A DNA stretch of 64,000 nt from NCBI GenBank assembly GCA_044351795.1, contig JBILFA010000003.1:2275-66274 (forward strand). Reading direction: 5' to 3'. Positions within the stretch are counted from its first letter, which is position 1, and the number at the start of each line of letters is the position of its first letter. The position numbers and the translations under genes are program-made. A model generated the notes under the pieces. It ran no database searches. It saw nothing but the letters and a program-made list of their open reading frames with translations, and had not been told where the DNA came from. This document shows, in pieces, positions 56,633 to 64,000 of the stretch. Source of the stretch: Bdellovibrionota bacterium. Its GTDB lineage: Bacteria; Bdellovibrionota_C; UBA2361; OMII01.

Positions 56633-57199
56633 ACCAACAATCCTGTCCCCAAATCCGGGGCTAACACAGTTGTTATACACAACTACTTTATCCCACCATA
56701 GCGGCGTAGCTTAAGCAGTTATGAGGAATATGCAACCATCGGTGCCTGAATCGCCGCAACTTTTATTTGTTTCGGCAGGCCGATGCTGAGGCGTGGTACT
56801 TTAATGATCTCGTAACAGTTAATCCAGCCTCTGTTGCCACCTCTTTTAATCCCCGTTCATATTATCGCCCTGCCTGCAGGACGACCCTTCCTCTAGAGTC
56901 TAGGTAAGTAGTATCAAGGCGATACGGGATAAGCATGTGAGCCGTCACGTCCGTAGCAAGGAGTAGTAGACGCAGGGGGGCACCCCTTCTACCCCTATCA
57001 CTGCAGTAGGTCGGTAGGGTATCGAAAACACTGGACAGTTGGGCGCGTATCTGTTCTGTCGTAGGCTGCACCTAAGTGTCGATATGATAACAGGTGTTGT
57101 GACGATTACTTGTTACCTATTAATAAGTTAAATCTGTATATCTTACCCCGGAAGAACGTGCGCGTTCGAGCGGTCGCACAATAAATAAGAGGATTTCGT

Positions 57200-58825
57200 A
57201 TGGCAGAGCAGTCTTTGTGGGAACGGTACAAAAGCCGCCTGATTTTCGATAGTAAGAGCGGCTTTGCTCTTGATATGAGCCGCCTCAACTACGACGACGA
57301 CTACATGCAGCGCATGGAGCCTAAGGTACACGGCGCGCTTGAGGAAATGGTGCGCCTAGAGTCTGGTGCTCTAGCCAACCCGGACGAAGGGCGGATGGTA
57401 GGACATTATTGGCTACGCAGCCCCGAACGCGCCCCCAGCACCGACATATCGGCTGAAATCGTTTCTACTGTCGAGAGGATAAAAAGGTTTGCGGCGCAGG
57501 TGCACTCGGGGGCTGTCAAGTCGCCCAAAGGGACTCTCTTTAACCACGTGCTCGTAGTCGGGATCGGGGGCTCTGCTCTTGGGCCTCAGTTTGTGAATCA
57601 GGCGCTTGGTTCTGCTCTGGATCCCATGAGTATATCGTTCTTCGACAATACCGATCCCGACGGAATGGCAAAGGTGCTCTACGCTCTCGGGAGCCTCGAC
57701 ACGACGCTGGTAGTGGTAATCTCAAAATCCGGCGGAACCAAGGAAACTCGTAACGGTCAACTATCGGCGCGCGCAGCATTCGAAGGTGCCGGGCTCGACT
57801 TCCGGGGGCATTTCATTGCGGTTACAGGTGAGGGGAGCGAATTGGACAAGACCGCCATCGCCGAGGGATGGCTGGCTCGGTTCCCTATGTGGGACTGGGT
57901 GGGCGGGAGGACGAGCGAATTTAGTGCCGTTGGACTACTTCCTTTGGCGCTTCAAGGCTTCGACCTCAACGCTATTCTCAAAGGCGCTGCCGCAATGGAT
58001 GAACTCACCCGCAGTATCGATATCAAGCGCAATCCTGCCGCGATGATGGCGCTTGGGTGGTATCATTGCGGGTGCGGTAAGGGTCTCAAAGACATGGTGG
58101 TGCTGCCGTACAAGGATAGACTGGAGCTGTTCAGTCGATATCTTCAGCAGCTTGTCATGGAGAGCCTCGGGAAAGAGCTTGATCTCGCCGGTAACGTGGT
58201 GAATCAGGGAATAGCTGTGTACGGCAACAAAGGTTCTACCGATCAGCACGCCTATGTGCAGCAACTTCGTGACGGCTTGAACAACTTTTTTGCCGTGTTC
58301 ATAGAGGTGCTCAAGGATCTCTCGCCGCGGACTCGAGCATCAGAGCATCGAGAAGCTCTGCGTCTCGATGAGCTCGAAGTAGAGAAAGGTTGCCGGTCGG
58401 GCGATTATTTGACCGGTTTCTATCTCGGTACGCGCCAAGCGTTGTACGAAAAAAATAGGGAGAGCATCACAGTAACGATCCCTGAAGTGAGCGAATTCTA
58501 TGTGGGAATGCTCATCGCCCTGTTCGAGCGCGCTGTTGGAGTCTACGCATCCTTAATTGATGTTAATGCTTACCATCAGCCTGGAGTCGAAGCGGGAAAG
58601 AAGGCAGCTGCCTCGGTTCTCGATCTCCAGTCTAAGGTTGTAGGCGTTTTGGCAGAGACAGACGAGCTGCTTTCCTTGGATGCCATAACCGAAGCGATTG
58701 GGCAGCCGGAGATGATCGAGACGGTATTCAAGATATTGCGGCACCTCGGAGCGAACGGACGAGTCAGTGTGCAGGCCGGGCCGTCCCTCTTCGAAGATCG
58801 TTACAGCCGTCTACAGGGAGGATAG
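57200..58825 (+). CDS. pgi: glucose-6-phosphate isomerase
   Basis: 541 aa. '[15 protein letters not shown]', '[12 protein letters not shown]' and '[14 protein letters not shown]'. Confidence 0.9.
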   Translation: MAEQSLWERYKSRLIFDSKSGFALDMSRLNYDDDYMQRMEPKVHGALEEMVRLESGALANPDEGRMVGHYWLRSPERAPSTDISAEIVSTVERIKRFAAQVHSGAVKSPKGTLFNHVLVVGIGGSALGPQFVNQALGSALDPMSISFFDNTDPDGMAKVLYALGSLDTTLVVVISKSGGTKETRNGQLSARAAFEGAGLDFRGHFIAVTGEGSELDKTAIAEGWLARFPMWDWVGGRTSEFSAVGLLPLALQGFDLNAILKGAAAMDELTRSIDIKRNPAAMMALGWYHCGCGKGLKDMVVLPYKDRLELFSRYLQQLVMESLGKELDLAGNVVNQGIAVYGNKGSTDQHAYVQQLRDGLNNFFAVFIEVLKDLSPRTRASEHREALRLDELEVEKGCRSGDYLTGFYLGTRQALYEKNRESITVTIPEVSEFYVGMLIALFERAVGVYASLIDVNAYHQPGVEAGKKAAASVLDLQSKVVGVLAETDELLSLDAITEAIGQPEMIETVFKILRHLGANGRVSVQAGPSLFEDRYSRLQGG

Positions 58826-58832
58826 GTTCCGC

Positions 58833-61229
58833 ATGATCCCCGAGCTACTCGGCACAGCACCGCAAGCCCTTGGGCTCTTTATCGTAATTGTCGTGATGGC
58901 GATCGTTTTCGTCACGGAGCGCTTGCCGGTCGATGTAACGGCGATGGGCGTGTTATTGCTCCTGATACTGGGAGGGTACGTTTCAGCTAACGAAGCGTTT
59001 GCGGGATTCTCATCGCCGGTTGTGGTCGTAATGGTGTGTACCCTCTTCGTGGCGACTGCACTGAGGGTGACCGGTGTGAGTGATGCCGCGGCCCGTTGGA
59101 TGCAGAGGTACGCGGGTTCCCACGAGCGTAGAGCGATAGCGGTAGTAATGATCATCTCGGCTTTACTATCGGGATTCATGAATAACGTCTCAGCTGCAGC
59201 TTTGTTGATGCCGGCTGTGGCGGTCTTGTCACATGAGACGGAGATACCCCCCTCCCGGCTTTTCATTCCTTTGGCGTTTTCGGTAAGTCTTGGCGGGATG
59301 ATGACGTTGATCGGCACTCCGCCGAACATCCTTGCGGCCGAGCTCTTGACGAGAAGCGGCATGGGCCCCGTGTCGTTTTTCCATTTTATGCCGTATGCGC
59401 TAGTCGGTCTGATTCTTGGTGTGATCTTCATGTCCCTGCACGGATACACGCTTCTACCGGTACGCAAGACACAACGGCGCACACGTAGAATCAGCGACCT
59501 CCGTTCTCTCTACCGTCTTCAAGAGCGTCTGTTTTCCGTGCGTGTGCCCGAACACGCCGCATGTGACGGACGTTCCCTCTCTGATCTTCGTTTCGGATCC
59601 CTTGTAGGGGGTGTTGTAGTTACGATAATTCGGGGTGGTCGGAAGGTGCTTTCTCCAAGAGCTGAAGAGCACCTTCATGAGCGAGACGTGCTCCTCGTGC
59701 GGGGAAGTCCAGAGCGTTTCAGCGAAATTCAGGCGCTCCAGGGGCTTCGAATCGAAGAGGTATCGGAGGATATCGCTTCGAGTATTGAAAGCTCCGCCGA
59801 GATTGTGAAATTCAACATCCGTGAGGTTCACACCGAGACACGTTTGTTGTTGCTGCGCGAGATCCTCCGTTCAACCGGTATCATACCGCTTGCAGTTCAA
59901 CGTCCCGTTGAAGCCCATCCCTGGGAGACTCATCCGCCATCGTGGTTCCTCGATTCCGTCGTTCACAAGGGAGATACGGTGCTCGGATGTATCGCCGTAC
60001 GCTTTTACGAAGATTCCCCTCTGCTGGATCTCGACTTAGAGGAAGCTGAGAGCGTCCGGTCGGTACTCAAGAGTACGGTGTTTACCATAACGATTGACCC
60101 GGGAGGCTGGAGCGGTGCACCGCTCCACCGTCTCGCGCATGAGACAAAACTATCTATTCTCGGGTTGGTGACGCCTACAAACTCCATCGAGTGGCTTGAC
60201 GTGCCGGTTTTGCTGCCAAGTGGGGAGTCCGGTCCGTCACGCTTGAGCGCTGACCACGTATTACGAGAGGGAGAGCGGTACCTCGTGAGCGGTTCGTTGG
60301 CAGAAGCTCGAAGGAAGGAGGTAATCAGCGGTCTTACATTCGAAGCAGAGGCTGCACCCTCCGAGCTGGAGTCGGAGGAGGTGGGGATGGTCGAGTTAAT
60401 CTTGACACCACGTTCGGAGTTTATCGGTAAGACCCTCGCAGACCTTCATTTTCGTGAGAAGTACGATTGTCAGGTTCTTGCTCTGTGGAGAGATGGAAAG
60501 CCGCACCTTTCCCTGTCATCGTCGCTACCTCTCCTCTATGGCGATGCGCTCCTGGTCCAGGGGCCGTTGAAGAATATGCCGCTCTTGGCGAAAGACCCTG
60601 ACTTTCTGTTGCTCTCCGAGCACCGAAAAGCTCCACCGCTATCGGCTAAATCTTTCTTTTCCATCTTAGCGCTTTTGATGCTCATGTTCATCCCGCTCTT
60701 TACCGGAATACCGGTGCACGAAGCGGCGTTTATGTCGGCATGCCTCGTTATCTTCTCGGGTGCGATCGGAATGGAGCAGGTCTATCGCGAGATCGATTGG
60801 AGAGTAGTCTTTCTGCTCGCCCTGATGATTCCACTCGGACATGCCGTGGAGCGCATGATTGCGGCAGATTCGGTGGTTCCGATGCTTGCACAGCTTTCGC
60901 AGGCCGTCCCGCCGCTCGGAATGGCAGCTCTCTTCATGATTGTCGGTAGCATCGTGAGTCAGACAATCGATAGCTCCGTTGCAGTGATATTTCTAGGGCC
61001 GATTGCTATCGCTTTGGGCCAACGCTACGGCACATCACCGCACCTTCTTCTGTTAGCGGTTACCTTCGGTAGTTCGCTGGCCTTTATGCTACCAACCAGC
61101 TCTCGGAGCAATTTGTTAGTATCCGGTGCTGGCGGGTATCGTGCTGCTGATTTTTTTCGAGTGGGCTTACCGTTTACTATCGTAGTTGGGATCGGCGTAC
61201 TGGGAATGCTGGCCCTGCTCGCGACATAG
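58833..61229 (+). CDS. SLC13/DASS-type permease with internal TrkA-C domains
   Basis: N- and C-terminal multi-TM permease halves ('FVTERLPVDVTAMGVLLLL', 'FMNNVSAAALLMP'). They flank a cytoplasmic region of about 330 aa with repeated TrkA_C-like segments ('SLSDLRFGSLVGGVVVTIIRGG', 'TLADLHFREKYDCQVLALWRDG'). ATG at 58833 follows GGGAGGA. Confidence 0.8.
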   Translation: MIPELLGTAPQALGLFIVIVVMAIVFVTERLPVDVTAMGVLLLLILGGYVSANEAFAGFSSPVVVVMVCTLFVATALRVTGVSDAAARWMQRYAGSHERRAIAVVMIISALLSGFMNNVSAAALLMPAVAVLSHETEIPPSRLFIPLAFSVSLGGMMTLIGTPPNILAAELLTRSGMGPVSFFHFMPYALVGLILGVIFMSLHGYTLLPVRKTQRRTRRISDLRSLYRLQERLFSVRVPEHAACDGRSLSDLRFGSLVGGVVVTIIRGGRKVLSPRAEEHLHERDVLLVRGSPERFSEIQALQGLRIEEVSEDIASSIESSAEIVKFNIREVHTETRLLLLREILRSTGIIPLAVQRPVEAHPWETHPPSWFLDSVVHKGDTVLGCIAVRFYEDSPLLDLDLEEAESVRSVLKSTVFTITIDPGGWSGAPLHRLAHETKLSILGLVTPTNSIEWLDVPVLLPSGESGPSRLSADHVLREGERYLVSGSLAEARRKEVISGLTFEAEAAPSELESEEVGMVELILTPRSEFIGKTLADLHFREKYDCQVLALWRDGKPHLSLSSSLPLLYGDALLVQGPLKNMPLLAKDPDFLLLSEHRKAPPLSAKSFFSILALLMLMFIPLFTGIPVHEAAFMSACLVIFSGAIGMEQVYREIDWRVVFLLALMIPLGHAVERMIAADSVVPMLAQLSQAVPPLGMAALFMIVGSIVSQTIDSSVAVIFLGPIAIALGQRYGTSPHLLLLAVTFGSSLAFMLPTSSRSNLLVSGAGGYRAADFFRVGLPFTIVVGIGVLGMLALLAT

Positions 61230-61317
61230 TGCGAGGGGGCCCATCTTTTGCCTCTTCCCGGGAATGAGTGTGTGGTAGGGCGCAGCGACACCCTCTATGC
61301 TCCGGGAACTTGTGGAT

Positions 61318-61506
61318 ACTAGAACCCATCTCAAAAGTCCCTTCTGCTGCGGGCGGCGATATAGGGGCTGCGACGGCGTCAGCCTTCACAAAAAAATCCT
61401 CAATGTATCCCAGAGGATACATCTCCGGTTTGTTTGTTCGTCTTCCTTGTCTCGCTCCCTATCTCGCCGCCCTCGCGACGAAGAGACTTTTGAGATGGGT
61501 TCTAGT
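61318..61506. repeat. 189-bp element bounded by perfect 22-bp inverted repeats
   Basis: actagaacccatctcaaaagtc (61318-61339) is the exact reverse complement of gacttttgagatgggttctagt (61485-61506). Pairing continues imperfectly inward (cttc, gggcggcga, ataggg blocks). An inner 7-bp hairpin tgtatcc-caga-ggataca lies at 61404-61421. Confidence 0.75.
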
Positions 61507-61532
61507 GAGTGCTCGCCAAAAAGCCGCAAAGC

Positions 61533-62270
61533 CTAGGTACTCAGGCGGCGCTTCAACTGCCTGTGGAGTGATTCCGGAAAAGCAAAGATGAACTCGTATC
61601 GACCGAAGGCAACTAAGTCCCTGTCCTCCAGAATTCGGCCCGATTCGGGAACCTTGGAGCCGTTCACGAAGGTGCCGTTTGTCGATTTCAGATCGAACAA
61701 GACATATCTCTCGTTTCGGTATGAGATTCGGGCGTGATGGGTGGATACGGCAAAGTCCGGTAAGGTAATAGAACTCTCTGCGCTACTTCCGATCGTGTGC
61801 TCACCAAATTCTCCTAACCCCGTTCCTGTTGAGGAAACGAGTGCGTAGACGATCTTTCGAATCGCCTCCATCTCCTGCATCTCTTCGAATATGCGCTGAG
61901 GTCTAAAGAGCATCGTAGAGCGCTTGGTTGCCGAGCGCGAAAACGCCTCCTTTGGAACGACCTCTCCCTCTCGAACTCCCCAGCCCAAAAGAAAGGGGTA
62001 TCCTACCAACTCTTTGAATGCTTCGGGGGTGGTTTGTGCTACGAGTTGAAGTAACGAATCGTAGGAGACCTTGCCGGTCGAAGAGACCATAGCGCGAAAA
62101 CTAGCAGGAGACACCGTTGCGGCGAGATCTTTTCGCCCGAGGTCCGTAGTGACGAACTTGATGAAATTTTCGAGCGCTCTCCACATAAGTACCCAAGGGG
62201 TTTGTTCAGAATACTTCTCTGGGGAAAGGTTTAGGGCAAGGGATATTTTTTCAAAGGGGTATACTCGCAC
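61533..62270 (-). CDS. FHA domain-containing protein
   Basis: 245 aa. The C-terminal FHA domain is 'HTIGSSAESSITLPDFAVSTHHARISYRNERYVLFDLKSTNGTFVNGSKV...LEDRDLVAFGRYEFIF' (G-R...S..H...N..NGT..NG pattern). Confidence 0.75.
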   Translation of the reverse strand: MRVYPFEKISLALNLSPEKYSEQTPWVLMWRALENFIKFVTTDLGRKDLAATVSPASFRAMVSSTGKVSYDSLLQLVAQTTPEAFKELVGYPFLLGWGVREGEVVPKEAFSRSATKRSTMLFRPQRIFEEMQEMEAIRKIVYALVSSTGTGLGEFGEHTIGSSAESSITLPDFAVSTHHARISYRNERYVLFDLKSTNGTFVNGSKVPESGRILEDRDLVAFGRYEFIFAFPESLHRQLKRRLST

Positions 62271-62308
62271 AGCGAGCCGGATTACAACTTTCTAGCTCGT
62301 ACCTACCT

Positions 62309-62608
62309 TCATCGTGGTGTCCCCACGGTTTCGTACGACACAACATCGAGATGTGTTTGGATCGCTCGAACCACCTCGTCGGTCAGAAAGCCATCGTTTA
62401 CCTTGATGAGATCCTGCATAGCGGCAAGACACAGGTTAGCGCTGTTCCAGTCAGGCCACCGCTCGGAGCCGATTTTGAGCTCCACGACAAGCTTGCGCCA
62501 TTCAGCTTTCTTCCCGAGCTTGAGACGCACTAAGTTCGCCTTCTCACTTCGACCGGCAGGGCCCATGAGAGTTATTCTGCACAGATTGGGATCGTGGCTC
62601 TCAGTCAT
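62309..62608 (-). CDS. hypothetical small protein
   Basis: 99-aa ORF, 38 nt upstream of the FHA gene on the same strand. No motif. Confidence 0.4.
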   Translation of the reverse strand: MTESHDPNLCRITLMGPAGRSEKANLVRLKLGKKAEWRKLVVELKIGSERWPDWNSANLCLAAMQDLIKVNDGFLTDEVVRAIQTHLDVVSYETVGTPR

Positions 62609-62616
62609 GACACCTC

Positions 62617-62874
62617 TTATGTGGCAAGGCTCAATGCCTGAACTTGAATGCGGAGGCCGGTATCAAACTCGCGAGTGCCGCGTGCAACTACGTAAGCAGG
62701 TGTGATAGCGGGCGTAGCTGTTCCATGGCCCAACTGCATCTCCATCAAAGACGGCATCTCGAGGCTCAGCTCTGTCGATGGCCGATTGCTCGCCTGATGC
62801 GTTGAGCGCGTGGCGGAGAGATCAGGAGTGGAGTCAGGACCCGGGGCTTGGTCGCGTCCATCGTGCTGTATCAT
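62617..62874 (-). CDS. hypothetical small protein (low-complexity N-terminus)
   Basis: 85-aa ORF, 8 nt upstream of the 99-aa ORF. The N-terminal half is rich in P/S/T. Confidence 0.3.
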   Translation of the reverse strand: MIQHDGRDQAPGPDSTPDLSATRSTHQASNRPSTELSLEMPSLMEMQLGHGTATPAITPAYVVARGTREFDTGLRIQVQALSLAT

Positions 62875-63186
62875 GGCGGCTACCCTCCTTAGAGTGGCTG
62901 AAACTTTAGCGAACTATACGTTGACAGTCGGGCGGAGAGGCTAAAACCGTTAGGCAAATACACAAAAACCCTCAATAGTTAGGATGCACAAACGGGGGCG
63001 AGCGACTCAGCTTTCAACCCGTGTTTGTCTAAGCGGCTGGTTTTACTAAGGCACTGTCCTTCCCTGGTCGGGAAAGAGCGCGGATAAACCGGGTCACCCG
63101 TGGTTGTGGGGGCTCATTTCCCATAGTACAACGGTCGGCAACGATACGCCGATGAATTAACTCTCTTGTATGAGGAGACGGAGAAA

Positions 63187-63702
63187 ATGGCCAAAAGCAA
63201 CGAAGTAATCACGATGAAGGGTAATCCCTTGAAGGTTGAGGGACATTGCATAGAAGAGGGGGCTCAACTTCCCCAGTTCACCCTGACCGGACTCGATATG
63301 TCCGATGTAACAAACGCAACCTACGCTGGAAAGGTCGTGGTGTTGGTATCAGTGCCGAGCCTCGACACCCCTGTGTGCGCGATTGAGACCAAGCGCTTCA
63401 ACCAAGAGGCTACCGCTCTTTCCAAGGATGTGGTGATTGCAGCAGTGAGCCGAGACCTTCCCTTCGCGCAGAAGAGATGGTGTGGGGCGGAGGGGGTAGA
63501 GAACGTTGTCCCTTTGAGCGACTACAAACACCGCAGCTTCGGAAAAGCTTTCGGTGTAGAGCTTCCTGATCTGGCGCTCCTTGCTCGCGCTGTATTCGTT
63601 GCCGACAAGACCGGCACGATAGTACACGTCGACTACGTCACCGAAGTGGCAGATGAGCCTGATTACGGCGCAGCACTTGATGCCGTAAAGAAGTGCCTAT
63701 AA
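63187..63702 (+). CDS. tpx: thiol peroxidase (atypical 2-Cys peroxiredoxin)
   Basis: 'VVVLVSVPSLDTPVCAIET' (peroxidatic Cys) and 'LPFAQKRWCGAEG' (resolving Cys). ATG at 63187 follows GAGGAGACGGAG. Confidence 0.9.
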   Translation: MAKSNEVITMKGNPLKVEGHCIEEGAQLPQFTLTGLDMSDVTNATYAGKVVVLVSVPSLDTPVCAIETKRFNQEATALSKDVVIAAVSRDLPFAQKRWCGAEGVENVVPLSDYKHRSFGKAFGVELPDLALLARAVFVADKTGTIVHVDYVTEVADEPDYGAALDAVKKCL

Positions 63703-63711
63703 TCCCTGCTG

Positions 63712-63739
63712 GGCCCGATACGTATGACCGTATCGGGCC
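63712..63739 (+). terminator. putative terminator hairpin after tpx
   Basis: Perfect 11-bp stem ggcccgatacg / cgtatcgggcc with a 6-nt loop, 10 nt after the tpx stop. The downstream tract is only moderately T-rich. Confidence 0.55.
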
Positions 63740-63764
63740 ACTATCTCTTATTCCCACTGCGTTC

Positions 63765-64000
63765 ATGAAGCTCCGCCACATCTGTGCACTCTTCCTCATA
63801 GTTACTGTTATCTTGAGCACCCTGGCTGGCTGTGGCAAACGACCGGTGGTTCAAGTGATTAAAGCCAGCCGATCGCCGATCGAAGCTGCAGTCTCAGGTG
63901 TAACCTCTGGAACGGTTCGTGCGGAGAAGATTGCAGAGCTCGCCTTCGGCACCGTAGGACGTGTTCAGGAGCTGAACGTCGAGCTCGGAGATCGAGTGAA
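63765..64000 (+). CDS. efflux RND/ABC periplasmic adaptor (HlyD/MFP family) lipoprotein, 5' partial at window edge
   Basis: My translation from the ATG at 63765 is 'MKLRHICALFLIVTVILSTLAGCGKRP...VSGVTSGTVRAEKIAELAFGTVGRVQELNVELGDRV'. It has the lipobox LAGC and the typical adaptor barrel-sandwich start. The ORF runs off the window. Confidence 0.65.
   Translation, partial: MKLRHICALFLIVTVILSTLAGCGKRPVVQVIKASRSPIEAAVSGVTSGTVRAEKIAELAFGTVGRVQELNVELGDRV

Noticed and set aside
56681-57199. Possible RNase P RNA, tmRNA, SRP or 6S RNA in the long spacer upstream of pgi
   Set aside because: The diagnostic strings are absent or in the wrong order on both strands. These are GAGGAAAGTCCGGGC and ACAGAANCCGGCTTA for RNase P, the tRNA-like CCACCA end with a tag ORF for tmRNA, and GGTCCGGAAGGAAGCAGC for SRP. 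The region is kept only as an unexplained-structure finding.
61312-61512. Target-site duplication flanking the 22-bp inverted repeats, as a test for a MITE
   Set aside because: The flanks (gtggat | gagtgc) share no direct repeat of 2-9 bp that I can see. Mobility therefore remains unproven. The element is reported as a repeat, not as a mobile element.
61268-61591. 107-aa (+) ORF, and the 79-aa (+) and 81-aa (-) ORFs, covering the inverted-repeat element
   Set aside because: The ORFs run straight through both arms of a perfect inverted repeat between two convergent gene ends. They have no RBS or motif. The repeat structure explains the sequence better than coding does.
1-64000. CRISPR arrays, rRNA genes, integrases/recombinases, and toxin-antitoxin or known defence-system signatures
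   Set aside because: Reading all intergenic regions and ORF translations, I found no regularly spaced direct repeats, no rRNA-like conserved blocks, no tyrosine/serine recombinase motifs, and no restriction-modification, Cas, or STAND/Sir2/TIR-type motifs.

Overview
Chromosomal window from a diderm bacterium, shown by a TonB-dependent receptor, an AsmA-family protein, the HldD heptose epimerase and an RND adaptor lipoprotein. The lineage cannot be assigned from sequence alone. I support about 57 protein-coding genes on both strands. I recognised no rRNA, tRNA or CRISPR array. Housekeeping genes are scattered through the window: hldD, nuoB, an FKBP isomerase, lysC, murI, pssA, pgi, tpx, a sulP/beta-carbonic anhydrase pair and a Fur-family repressor with a TonB-dependent receptor.

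Five blocks are less ordinary:
1. A ten-gene, translationally coupled Tad/Flp pilus locus (13.4-23.5 kb). It has no secretin or prepilin peptidase, its TadZ has a degenerate P-loop, and it carries its own two-component pair, including a GspE/PilB-N-terminal-half::receiver fusion.
2. A seven-gene, tightly coupled cassette (32.2-38.9 kb). It encodes four unassignable membrane proteins, a GlmL/MutL-type ASKHA ATPase with no B12 mutase partner, and a barrel-sandwich/KOW-like protein. This is my best candidate for an undescribed system.
3. A DUF58 / transglutaminase / TPR / MoxR / GT-C-like operon (45.0-52.7 kb).
4. A UvrA-shaped protein that keeps the zinc modules but has lost every ATPase motif (52.9-55.0 kb).
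5. A 189-bp element bounded by perfect 22-bp inverted repeats, lying between convergent genes (61.3-61.5 kb).

An IS66 transposase remnant sits near the left end. All functional calls rest on motif and collinearity recognition by eye. No database search or numeric statistic was run.
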